Assembly (NCBI GenBank): GCA_937925685.1
Contig: CALAMI010000017.1
Coordinates: forward strand, 1,106 to 65,105
Direction of reading: 5' to 3'
DNA: 64,000 bases
Origin: Candidatus Binatia bacterium
GTDB taxonomy: Bacteria; Desulfobacterota; Binatia; HRBIN30
Positions 1-9,450 of this stretch are shown here, piece by piece (within the stretch, counting starts at the first letter, position 1; every line of letters begins with the position of its first letter). The position numbers were made by a program, and so were the translations under genes. The notes under the pieces are model-generated. The model was not told the DNA's origin. It made no database searches and saw only the letters and a program-made list of their open reading frames with translations.

Positions 1-2244
1 ATGTTAAATCACGACTTGTCGACGGCGACCGGCATTGCAGCGGCCGTTGTGTGTGCACTGCTTGCCGCCATGGTCGCGTTCCAGCGCCGGGACACAAAGG
101 GTAGGGCCTTTGTCTTCCTGGCTTCCATGATCGCGCTGTGGAACGTCTACTTTGTATTGCTCCGGCTCTTACCATGCGACGCTCTGTCCTGGATCCGCCT
201 GCGGCCTCTGGCCGTGCCAGTGAACTTAATCCCCGTCGCAATCCTCTACTTTACGGTCGTTAATCAAGAGGACCGCGGGCGCTTTTGGCACGGTCTCGTG
301 TGGTTTAATTTGACACTCGCCGCAGTGCTAGTCGGCGCGAGCCCATTCGGGCTAGTTGTCCGCGATTTGAAAGAAGGGGCGTTCGGGTGCGCGTCGGTAC
401 CGGGACCCCTGTACCACGTTTATACAGCGAGCGTCGCTATCTGCTCGGTGGCTGCTTTCACGCTGTGTGTCAGGGATGTCCGTAATGCAACGAATCCGCG
501 TAATCGGCTGGTGGCGCGATTCTGGTTGATTAGCGCGGCAGTGGGTTTGCCTCTGGGCGTCACAAATCTGCTGCCGTCTTATGGGATACCGATCTATCCT
601 CTCGGCAGCCTCGGCAGTGCCGCCTGGGCCAGCATCATTGCCTATGCCATGATTCGGCACCGGTTGCTGGACGTCGAGATTTGGGTCTCGCGGATCGGCA
701 CCGCGGTTGCTGCTGGGTTGCTTACCGTGGTGCCGGCGTATGCGCTGCTCCTGGCTTTACAAGTTCGCACCCTGGGAGACGTGCAGGTCGACTTGTCTTC
801 CGCGATCTTTCTCACCCTCCTCTTGGTCGCTGCCGTGTTTCCCACTTTGCAGCGGCGTCTGGAAAAGGCCTTTGCCAAACGAGCCTTTCCGAGCAAGTTC
901 GAACAGCAAGCATCCCTGGAGATGTTGCGGCGGGCGGTGTTGCGAGAACAAAACCGCGACCGGCTCCTGGAGACGGTCGCTAAAGGCCTGAGGGCGGTGT
1001 TTCGCCCTCCCACCATCGCGATCTTTACCCGCCACGCCGAAGGTGGCCGCCTGCGCTTGGGCTACCACCTGGGGGAACGGCCGCAGGTAGATGAGTTTTC
1101 GCTCGCGAGCGCTCTGGTTGCCGAGCTCGAGGATGCCACGCTTTCCCTGCTGCAAAGCGAACTCTCGGAGTCGAAGCGCGCCCGTGGTCGCGAGGTCGGC
1201 CAGCTCATGGAGCGCCTAGGCTGGACCGTGTGTGTCCCCATCAAAAAAGAACGCCGCTCTGTAGCTGGCTTCCTTGCCCTAGGGCTCAAAGAGGGCAAGG
1301 ATTGGTACATGCTGACCGAACTTGAGGCCTTGGAAGCGCTCGGAGAAGAGCTGGCACTGGCGCTGGAAAACATCCAGTTGCACGAACAGGCAGCGCTCGC
1401 TCGGCAAGCACTGGAGCGGGTCGAGCGCCTGAGCGCCCTAGGCACCATGGTGGCCGGCATTGTGCATGAAGTGCGCAACCCGCTGGTGGCTTTCAGTACG
1501 TTCATGCAGTTGGCAGAGGAGCATAAAACGTCGCCGGAACTCATCGAAACCAGTGCCCCGGTCGTCGTTCGCGAGCTCAACCGTGTACAGCGCTTGCTCG
1601 ACGAACTTCTTCGCGCCACTCGAAGCAACCCGCCGAGTTTTGCCGAAGTCGATCTTGGCAAATGCGTTTCCGACATAGCTGAAGTGCTCAAGCCCGCAGC
1701 CAAGCAAGCTCGTGTGGTTCTCCAACCGAACTTGCCGGCCGAGCCGCTTGCGGTCTTCGCCGATGCGGACCGGGTGCGCCAAGTGCTGTTCAACCTAGGG
1801 TTGAATGCCATCGAAGCCGCGCCCGAAGGGAGCACCGTTACCATAACGGTGACGTGCGCTTCAAAGAATGGCCGCAGGTATGGCGAAGTCAGGGTGCGCG
1901 ACACTGGTCCGGGTCTGCCCCCAGAATTACGGGAAAAAGTGTTTCAACCGTTCTTCACTACCAAAGCGGACGGCACCGGCCTTGGCCTCGCCCTGTGCCT
2001 TCAGATTGCCGAGGACCATGCCGGCTACCTGGAAATCCGCGACCCTGAAGGCCCGGGCGTGATCTTCGCCGTGGGCTTCCCCGAATTTGTCCGCGAAGTC
2101 CACGGGCCCTTGATCGATGGCGCTACGAAAGATGAACCTGAGCTCACAACAGAGGAAGAAGCTCACATGCGCTCTCTGGTGGGCAACATCAAACTGCCCC
2201 CAGAGGTGTTGCGTCTAGCCCGGCAAATTCGCACCAAGTCGTGA
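1..2244 (+). CDS. Sensor histidine kinase with N-terminal multi-pass (7TM-type) membrane domain; possibly 5' truncated at window edge
   Basis: 747-aa ORF. N-terminal about 280 aa is hydrophobic with 6-7 predicted TM helices. H-box HEVRNPL (HisKA). HATPase_c G1/G2 boxes DTGPGLP and TTKADGTGLGLAL. Confidence 0.8.
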   Translation: MLNHDLSTATGIAAAVVCALLAAMVAFQRRDTKGRAFVFLASMIALWNVYFVLLRLLPCDALSWIRLRPLAVPVNLIPVAILYFTVVNQEDRGRFWHGLVWFNLTLAAVLVGASPFGLVVRDLKEGAFGCASVPGPLYHVYTASVAICSVAAFTLCVRDVRNATNPRNRLVARFWLISAAVGLPLGVTNLLPSYGIPIYPLGSLGSAAWASIIAYAMIRHRLLDVEIWVSRIGTAVAAGLLTVVPAYALLLALQVRTLGDVQVDLSSAIFLTLLLVAAVFPTLQRRLEKAFAKRAFPSKFEQQASLEMLRRAVLREQNRDRLLETVAKGLRAVFRPPTIAIFTRHAEGGRLRLGYHLGERPQVDEFSLASALVAELEDATLSLLQSELSESKRARGREVGQLMERLGWTVCVPIKKERRSVAGFLALGLKEGKDWYMLTELEALEALGEELALALENIQLHEQAALARQALERVERLSALGTMVAGIVHEVRNPLVAFSTFMQLAEEHKTSPELIETSAPVVVRELNRVQRLLDELLRATRSNPPSFAEVDLGKCVSDIAEVLKPAAKQARVVLQPNLPAEPLAVFADADRVRQVLFNLGLNAIEAAPEGSTVTITVTCASKNGRRYGEVRVRDTGPGLPPELREKVFQPFFTTKADGTGLGLALCLQIAEDHAGYLEIRDPEGPGVIFAVGFPEFVREVHGPLIDGATKDEPELTTEEEAHMRSLVGNIKLPPEVLRLARQIRTKS

Positions 2245-2296
2245 AAGATCCTAGCCCAAGGTTGACGCAAGACGCGCATTAGGTTTGAGAGGATGC

Positions 2297-3190
2297 ATGG
2301 CACGGGTACGCACAAACGGCATCGAGCTCGAATACGAAGTCTTTGGTTCTGAACGCGGGGAGCCCTTGGTTCTCATTATGGGACTGGGCGCCCAGATGAT
2401 CCTGTGGCGCAACGAATTCTGTAACATGCTCGTCGAACGCGGGTATCGGGTGATTCGCTTCGATAACCGCGATGTCGGGCGCTCTACCTGGCTCGATCAT
2501 CTTGGCCTGCCGAATGTCATGGCCTTGATGACGGCTGCCGCATCGGGGCAACCCGTCGACGCCCCGTACCGTCTCTCCGATATGGCTGCAGACACTGCTG
2601 GACTGCTCGACGCACTAGGCGTCGAACGAGCACACATCGTTGGCGCGTCAATGGGCGGGATGATCGCGCAAACCTTCGCCATTCAGTATCCCGAGCGGAC
2701 ACTCAGCCTCACCTCGATTATGTCCACAACTGGCGACCCCACGCTTCCCCCGCCGCGACCCGAAGCGTTAAGCGTACTCCTTGCCCCACAACCCAGCTCG
2801 CGGGAAGAAGCCATCGAGCGAGGGGTGTTCATTTTTCGAACCATCGGCAGTCCCAAATACTTCGACGAAGCCGAGATCCGCGATTTGGCCGCCCGTTCCT
2901 TCGACCGGGGCATTAACCCCGCCGGAGTCATGCGGCAACTGGCCGCGATTTTGGCTTCGGGAAATCGCACGGAGGCACTTCGGCAAGTGCAAAAACCGGC
3001 ACTGGTGATCCATGGCCGCATCGATCCCTTGGTCCCCTTCGCGGCCGGGGAAGCTACCGCTCGGGCTTTGCCCCGGGCAACCTTGCTCGCGTTCGAGGAC
3101 ATGGCTCACGACATGCCGCGGCCGTTATGGCCCGAAATGGTGGCCGCCATCCACGAGGTGGCACAACAGTCGAAGCGCACCGCCGGTTGA
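2297..3190 (+). CDS. Alpha/beta-hydrolase fold protein
   Basis: ATG at 2297 preceded by GAGG. HGxGxxxxxW-type N-terminus (LVLIMGLGAQMILW). Nucleophile elbow GASMGG. C-terminal His region (MAHDMP). ORF track start 2285 is a non-ATG extension. Confidence 0.75.
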   Translation: MARVRTNGIELEYEVFGSERGEPLVLIMGLGAQMILWRNEFCNMLVERGYRVIRFDNRDVGRSTWLDHLGLPNVMALMTAAASGQPVDAPYRLSDMAADTAGLLDALGVERAHIVGASMGGMIAQTFAIQYPERTLSLTSIMSTTGDPTLPPPRPEALSVLLAPQPSSREEAIERGVFIFRTIGSPKYFDEAEIRDLAARSFDRGINPAGVMRQLAAILASGNRTEALRQVQKPALVIHGRIDPLVPFAAGEATARALPRATLLAFEDMAHDMPRPLWPEMVAAIHEVAQQSKRTAG

Positions 3191-4018
3191 CTCGGCCCCG
3201 GCTTGGCCGCGAAGCAAACGCTCCGCTGTTGTCGTTTCTTCCGCCCTTGCCCAGCGGGCGCTCGTCGAAACGCCGAACGCCAAGTTTCCACCGTCGTTGA
3301 GCACGAGCGTTTCAACTCCCTGCTGTTCGCCCAACTGACCTCGGCGCCCGCATCAACCCAGGACCATTGCGTTGCCGCTCTCCGCATTCGCACCAGGAAA
3401 ACGCTCCACCGTGCCGGCCACAGCGACCCCGGTGGAGTGCCGCTCAGTTACGTTTGTGGAAAAACGAGTTGCACACAGGGTGCCGGGTGGTCACGCACGA
3501 TAATGGAGCGCGGAGCTACATCGTCGCACTCCCTTGCCCTTTCCCCGTGGGAGAGACAGCCCGAATGACCAGGTGAATGACCGGGTGATGGTAGCCTCGG
3601 AAGGCGATGCGGCGGGGTGGAAACCACTCTCTCCCTTTGTTCATCTGGCAGAGGGGAGGGGAGAGCATGACCGAGGGATCGAGCAGTCGCGGCGGCCATC
3701 GGCACCTTGGAGTGCAGCTTGGGCAGTGCCTTCCCAAGAGCCCCTTTCTTCCTGGCCGAGGTCCAGCGAGGCGATCTTGTCCGCGACTTCCTTCAGTGCC
3801 TAAGGGGTGCATTGCGACCGAAAGGAACGGCGCTGTTATGGCTCGGCCACGGTTCAGCCGCATCCACGGCAGGATGGCAAAACGTAGACGCTTGCACGAA
3901 TCGCCTGCTTGCACTGGCGCGACTCGACGGAAGTGGCGTTGCTCGCGCGGCTTTTCCCATTTTCCCAATTGAATTGCGTTTTCGGCCAGCGTAGGATACG
4001 CGATTATCCGGGAGGTCT

Positions 4019-4951
4019 ATGGCGGCACGGTTGGGCAGGTTTGTGGTGGGAACGGCAATCCTAGCCGTCTCAACCGTTGCTCCAATGATCGGTGCAGCTG
4101 CCACCGGGCCGCCGGCACAACGCGTCCCCGCCGCTTTACTCATGTTCCCCTACGTCGAGGCCGGGGCCGAGCGTGACACTAGGATCGAGCTGCTGAACTT
4201 GAGCGGCGTGCCTATCGAGCTCGAGTGCTTTTTCGTCAACGGTGAAGACCCCTCCTGTAACGAGGTCGGATTCGTACTGGCACTTACGCCGTATCAGCCC
4301 TTTGCCTGGCTGGCCAGCGAAGGCATGAGCAACGTGATCAATGGCACCGCTGCACCGCCGTTTTGGGGGTTCGGGGAGCTCAAATGCGCGGTGGTGCCGC
4401 CGGAGCCAGCACTGGAACTATACAATACCGTTCAGGGGCGAGCGACAGTGTTCGGATCGGACGGCACAACGGTCTCTTACACTGCATATGGCTTCCAACG
4501 ATTCGTGGGCGGAGAGTACACTGGGTTGCTCCGCCTCGACGGCAACGAATATGCGCAGTGTCCCGATCGGCTGTTGTTTACCGTTCTCGCCGATACACCC
4601 GCTGGTAACAGTGAGTTGATTCTTCTTCCGTGTTCGCAAGACCTGGTGTTACAATCGCCGGCCACTGTCACTGCACAGCTTCTTCTGACTACAGAGCTTG
4701 GGCAGACCGTATCTACCTCTTTCCAAGTGCGCTGTTACTTACGACGGTATCTCAGTGACGTGGCGGACGTCCTTCAGCGCAGCATCGGTGGCTCGGATGT
4801 CGTGCAAATTTCCGTGCGCGGCGTGGGCGGGCCACTGATCGGCCTCGTCATTGACGGAATCCCGTTTGCTTCGACCTTTGGGTTGGCCGGCAACGAACCC
4901 ATGTTCCTTGGGGGGCGTACGGCAACCATTTCGGTGCCGCGCTCACGGTAA
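4019..4951 (+). CDS. Secreted Cys-rich hypothetical protein (paralog A of tandem pair)
   Basis: Signal peptide (AILAVSTVAPMIGAAATG), GGAGG 7 nt upstream of ATG. About 280-aa domain with 6 conserved Cys shared with the next gene (FPYVEAG..DTRIEL..CFFV, GELKC, AQCPDRL, LLPC, VRC, NEPMF). No family recognised. Confidence 0.55.
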   Translation: MAARLGRFVVGTAILAVSTVAPMIGAAATGPPAQRVPAALLMFPYVEAGAERDTRIELLNLSGVPIELECFFVNGEDPSCNEVGFVLALTPYQPFAWLASEGMSNVINGTAAPPFWGFGELKCAVVPPEPALELYNTVQGRATVFGSDGTTVSYTAYGFQRFVGGEYTGLLRLDGNEYAQCPDRLLFTVLADTPAGNSELILLPCSQDLVLQSPATVTAQLLLTTELGQTVSTSFQVRCYLRRYLSDVADVLQRSIGGSDVVQISVRGVGGPLIGLVIDGIPFASTFGLAGNEPMFLGGRTATISVPRSR

Positions 4952-4956
4952 GAACC

Positions 4957-6483
4957 ATGAACCAGATTCTCAGCGGGCTCGCCGCCTTCCTCTTTGCCTG
5001 GTACCAGCTTCTAGCGCAGCACGGTATCTTCCCCGCTACGCCACGCCCAACGCTCTCGCCGACGCCAAGCGTGACCAGCACCCCGCTGGCGACCACAACT
5101 CCTAGTGCCACCCGGACGTTCTCCGCACCCACGGTGTCGGCGCCATCGCCAAGCTCGACCCTCCGGCCCACGCGCACCCCGACTTGGTCGCCACAGCCAC
5201 CGGCGACGGCAACGAACACTCGGTCCTTGACGCCAACGAGAACGTTCTCCCCCTTGCCGACCAGCACGTTCACGCACAGCCCTCGGCCCAGCGCAACAGC
5301 AACCGCCAGCCGCAGCGCCACATGGTCGTTCACACCAACGCGCTCGTTCACGGCTACGCGCTCCTTTACCGCAACTCCTTCCCCCACCTTCACTTTTTCT
5401 CCGTCTGCCAGCGCGACGGAATCACGTACTCGCACTGGCACGCGTACGCACACGCCCACGTTATCCCCGACTGCCACACCGACTCACACCCGCACCCCAC
5501 AGCCCACGCGCACGCCCACAGCAACGTTCACACGGGTGCCCACATGGACCCCGCGACCCAGCTCGACCGCTACGCCTTCTCCCTCACCACGGCCCACTCG
5601 GGTGAGCGGTGAGGTGGACCCCCTTGGAATTGTCGCCCAAGGCGACCCGCCGGCACAAAAACTCGCAGCAGCAGTCTTGATCTTCCCCCTCGTTCGGGCG
5701 ACGGCCAGCACGGACACACGCATCGAAATCGCCTCTTCGTCCACGGTTGCCGGCCCGGCGGCACGTTGCTTTTACGTGAGCGCAAGCAACTGCGTGGAAA
5801 TCGGTTTCCAAGCCACAGCTCCAACTGGCGGCGGTGGTGCAGCCGCACGGCCGCTTTCGTGGATGGTCAGCACCGGGTTCGATGGAAATGGCCGTCGCAT
5901 CGCCCCACCGTTCCAAGGGGATGGCGAACTCAAGTGCTTTGCTTCAGGGAACAGCTTGACTGGACGTGCCTTGATTGCCGACAATGCCGGGCAGCGCATC
6001 GCTTATTCGGCCGTGGCGTTTCGCAAGCTCCGCAATGATGCACCGACGAACTTCGTCTCCCTCGACGGCGTCAACTACGAAGCTTGCCCGGATCGGCTGC
6101 ATTTCAACGTGCTCGCTCAAACCGCCACATCGAACAGCGAGTTGATTCTGGTTCCTTGCACGCAAAATCTCGAAGCTCAGATCTTCTCCTCAGTCACCCT
6201 GCAATACGCAGTCATCAACGAATTGGAGCAAACCTTCTCCGGTGCCAGCTCGTTCCGCTGCATGGAGCGACGGACCTTCAACACCGTCCCCGCCCTCCGT
6301 TTTTCCAGCATCGGCACGAACACGGCACACTTGATTGTCCGCGGGGTGGAAGTTCCGGTTGTTGGTTTTGTCATCGACCGCTTCCAAGTGACAGGCTCGG
6401 GAGCCTTATCGACTTCGAGCAACGAGCCATATTTTGAGGGCTCGCGCGAGGCCACACTCGATCTTCCTCCTGAATGGCCGTAA
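4957..6483 (+). CDS. Secreted protein: signal peptide + ~190-aa Pro/Thr/Ser-rich linker + same Cys-rich domain (paralog B)
   Basis: Starts 6 nt after the stop of the previous gene. Signal peptide ILSGLAAFLFAWYQLLAQHG. Long TPT/PSP/RTF low-complexity stretch. C-terminal 280 aa align position-by-position with gene 4019-4951 (FPLV..DTRIEI, CFYV, GELKC, EACPDRL, LVPC, FRC, NEPYF). Confidence 0.55.
   Translation: MNQILSGLAAFLFAWYQLLAQHGIFPATPRPTLSPTPSVTSTPLATTTPSATRTFSAPTVSAPSPSSTLRPTRTPTWSPQPPATATNTRSLTPTRTFSPLPTSTFTHSPRPSATATASRSATWSFTPTRSFTATRSFTATPSPTFTFSPSASATESRTRTGTRTHTPTLSPTATPTHTRTPQPTRTPTATFTRVPTWTPRPSSTATPSPSPRPTRVSGEVDPLGIVAQGDPPAQKLAAAVLIFPLVRATASTDTRIEIASSSTVAGPAARCFYVSASNCVEIGFQATAPTGGGGAAARPLSWMVSTGFDGNGRRIAPPFQGDGELKCFASGNSLTGRALIADNAGQRIAYSAVAFRKLRNDAPTNFVSLDGVNYEACPDRLHFNVLAQTATSNSELILVPCTQNLEAQIFSSVTLQYAVINELEQTFSGASSFRCMERRTFNTVPALRFSSIGTNTAHLIVRGVEVPVVGFVIDRFQVTGSGALSTSSNEPYFEGSREATLDLPPEWP
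5035..5600 (+). repeat. Low-complexity Pro/Thr/Ser-rich coding repeat (mucin-like linker) inside gene 4957-6483
   Basis: Degenerate short repeats (ACGCGCACGCCCAC.., TPTRTFS.. at protein level). Alternative frames give His/Ala-rich shadow ORFs (5184-5612). Confidence 0.6.
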
Positions 6484-7292
6484 CAGAACTGCGCTTGTCC
6501 ACCATGCTGCGTGAGTACGACCGCATTCGATTTCGATTCGCTAGCATGGAGCACGACGTGTACCGGGCGGGGCAGGGCCCCGCGGTGATCGTGATCCACG
6601 AGATCCCCGGGATCACCCCTGAAGTCCTGCGCTTCGCCGCTTATGTGCGCGAGGCTGGCTTTCGCGTGTACTTGCCCCACTTGTTTGGCGTTCCGGAAAA
6701 ACCTGTGTCTGGCACCTACGTGGCGACTTCGTTCCTCCGTGCGTGCATCAGCCGGGAATTCAAAGTGCTTGCACGCAACGAAGCTAGCCCTGTCACCAAC
6801 TGGCTCCGCGCGCTAGCGCGGGAGGCCCACCGGGAGTGCGGTGGCCCGGGTGTGGGAGCGTTAGGGATGTGCCTAACGGGAAACTTTGCCCTGGCGATGA
6901 TGATCGACCCTGCAGTTCAAGCTCCCGTGCTGAGCCAGCCATCACTGCCGCTTGGGATCACGAAGGATCACCGTCGCGCCTTGCACTTAGCTCCGCAACA
7001 ACTTGAAGTGGTGAAGCAACGCGTGCGGGCGGGTTGTCGGGTGTTGGGCCTGCGCTTCACGAACGACTTTGCTTGCCCCAGCGAGCGCTTCCAACGATTA
7101 CGGGAAGAATTGGGCGACGGTTTCGAGGCGATCGAAATCGATTCCTCGCCAGGAAATCCGCATGGAATTTCCCCGAGGGCGCATTCCGTGTTGACTGTGG
7201 ATCTGGTCGACCGTGAGGGCCATCCGACGAAAGAGGCGCTCAAGCGTGTGCTTTCTTTTTTTCGCGCGCGCTTGCAAACACCGAGCAGCTAG
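6474..7292 (+). CDS. Dienelactone hydrolase family protein
   Basis: GPAVIVIHEIPGITPEV...GFRVYLPHLFG N-terminal DLH signature. Conserved C (GMCLTGNF) nucleophile region. Alternative ATG at 6504; the 6474 start overlaps the upstream stop by 10 nt. Confidence 0.65.
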   Translation: MAVTELRLSTMLREYDRIRFRFASMEHDVYRAGQGPAVIVIHEIPGITPEVLRFAAYVREAGFRVYLPHLFGVPEKPVSGTYVATSFLRACISREFKVLARNEASPVTNWLRALAREAHRECGGPGVGALGMCLTGNFALAMMIDPAVQAPVLSQPSLPLGITKDHRRALHLAPQQLEVVKQRVRAGCRVLGLRFTNDFACPSERFQRLREELGDGFEAIEIDSSPGNPHGISPRAHSVLTVDLVDREGHPTKEALKRVLSFFRARLQTPSS

Positions 7293-8136
7293 TCGATTTT
7301 GCCGCGACCGCAGAACTCCGTCGCCTCGAGTGCAGGCGCTGGCGAAGCCGGCCAAACGCCGACGGCTCCCCAGCCGCGCCGGGTGCAGCCCCGCTCGCAT
7401 AGCGCGGCACTGGCGTACGAGAATGCCAACCGGCATAGAACACGCTCAGAACACAACACCGCTCGAGACGTGGGTCATGGATCGTCATGCTCGTTCTCGC
7501 TGGGGCTGGCGGAGTGGATCCTTCCCCCTCGACACTAGGGCCATTTCCGGTTCGAAGTCTTCGGAACAGCCTCCCCGCGGAGGGCTTGCAGTCGGCCGAC
7601 CTGGTCCATCATCTCGAGGCGCGCAGCAAGCGCACGCGAGGAGCGACTTTGTCTGTTGCGCTCTGCCACGGTCCGTCGCCGGCTCGATGGTGCGCCAAAT
7701 GGAACCCGCACCTAGCGGTGCCGCCGTTACGGACCTGCAGATTCCATAATGCTTCAGCGATGGCAGTTCGCTTGACCCCGGCCAAGAATCCGTGGTAGGA
7801 GCCCATGTCGTAGTGGGAGGCAGGTGATGCAAACCAGGGGGTTACGCAGGAGCTCGTCGCGTCAACGACAGATGGGACCGCGGCCGCGTACTGTGCTCGA
7901 AGGCGCACGCGGAGAAAACGGTAGGTAGTCACGCTTATGGTTGTTATTTCCCAGAAAACATGGGCGTGGCAATCGTGTTCCGTGCCGTGGGCCCGAGCTG
8001 GCAGCGGCAGACAAGATCGGCCGCCACTGGCTATGGGCGCGGCGCGCTTCGCCGTTCCCGCAAATAGCCAGCTCTTGGTAGTTTTGTAGGTGCCGCGAAA
8101 GGCCTAAGACAAAGGATCGGGCAACCTCTCGCTGCT

Positions 8137-9110
8137 GTGGTTTTACTGGCATCCACCGTCAGCAAGGCGGCACTTGCTGCCTCCGATACCTGTTCAACGG
8201 AGTGGTTCGGGTTTACGCGGTCGAATGCCGCATGGGGGCACACCTGTGCCGTGCGCGCCGGTGGTCGAGCAGAATGTTGGGGCGACACCAGTTACGGAAA
8301 GAGCAACCCTTCGGGTGAGGGGTAGGTCGAGGTCGTCGTCGGTACGAACCACAGTTGCGGCCTCGGCTTCGATGGCACGGTACGGTGCTGGGGCAATCAG
8401 TTTTACTCGGGTTCGGAGCAATTTGTTCCACTCGCTGCTGCCGGAGGCCTGACTTGCGGGCCGAGGTTCGACGGCAGCGTGACGTGTTGGGGCGCCGGTT
8501 CATCCTCCCAGTACCCGCCGTCAGGCGTGCGTTTCCTCACGATAAGCATCGGCCGCTCTCACGGATGCGGAGTAGAAGTGGATGGCTCGATAAGGTGTTG
8601 GGGCGCCAATTGGGCTGGCCAAAGCTCGCCGCCAACCGGAACCTTCATCGACGTTCGTGCTGGTGGCAACCACACCTGTGGGCTTCAGACCGATGGGGCA
8701 ATCAGGTGTTGGGGCAGCGATTCCGAAGGGCAGAGCGCCGCTCCTGCAGGACGGTTTCTCCAGGTTAGTGCTGGGGAAGCTCACAGTTGCGGTGTTCGTA
8801 CACTCCTACTCGGACTCCGACCTCCACTGCCACCTCGACACTCACCCCAACCCCCACCCGGTCGTCAACACGCACACCCACCCGTACACCAACGCACAGC
8901 CCCACCCTGATGCCGACTATGCCGCCAGCTTGCCCCGGCGGCTGCAACAGCGACGGTCATGTAACCATTGAAGAAATCGTGCTGATGGTCACCATCGCAC
9001 TAGACCTGCGGTCGCGGGACCCCTGCCCAGTGGCAGACCGCAATGGCGACGGCTCGGTGACGGTGGAAGAGGTCATTCTCGCGGCGAGCAAAGCGCTCGC
9101 AGGCTGCTAG
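8137..9110 (+). pseudogene. RCC1-repeat (beta-propeller) protein with PT-linker and C-terminal double EF-hand/dockerin-like module, disrupted
   Basis: At least 6 RCC1-like repeats (PxGxFxxVxxGxxHxCG...DGxxxCWG) in frame 1. In-frame TAG at 8326-8328 sits exactly where every other repeat has Phe. Frame change near 8790-8800 into frame 3 carrying the PT-rich linker and [15 protein letters not shown]...DRNGDGSVTVEE module (ORF 8787-9110). Confidence 0.5.
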
Positions 9111-9450
9111 CCAGCCCGCCATAGCGACACTCTGGGAGATGCTCCTGTTTCGTGGGGTCAAGTCTTACCGTCGGCAAGATGGTGCGGCTTATGGTAAGGC
9201 GACCCCGGTTCGACGGTGCTCCAGCGCTCCGGCAACTCCACGCACGCACCATGCTCAGTTAGCCTAGAACGGCCGCAAGCTTCCGGTGCGCTGTAGGGGT
9301 GGACTACCTGCGCCCGAAGGCATCGCGCCGTCGGGGCCTGGGCGCGCAGCGTGTGCGCTTACACCGCCAAAACGTATATCTCTACCCGAGTGCCCATTTC
9401 CTGGCAGCGGCGCACTCTACCACGTTCGCGGTGCGACCACTCGAGGTGCC

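Noticed and set aside
1062-1904. 280-aa minus-strand ORF (and many similar: 12065-12913-, 9286-9981+, 15053-15946+, 20372-21985+, 22584-24053+, 27915-28637-, 30328-31008-, 33026-33871-, 42670-43563+, 56402-57262+, 57273-58043-)
   Set aside because: Antisense or off-frame shadow ORFs inside well-supported genes. Arg/Ala/Pro/Ser-rich low-complexity translations typical of high-GC DNA. No motifs.
5035-5600. Repetitive DNA that might be a CRISPR-like or tandem-repeat array
   Set aside because: Repeats are degenerate, in-frame and encode a Pro/Thr/Ser linker. There is no fixed repeat/spacer periodicity.
9150-9230. tRNA-like T-arm (GGTTCGAC) in the gap after the RCC1 gene
   Set aside because: No acceptor or anticodon stem complementarity could be built. 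Likely chance occurrence.
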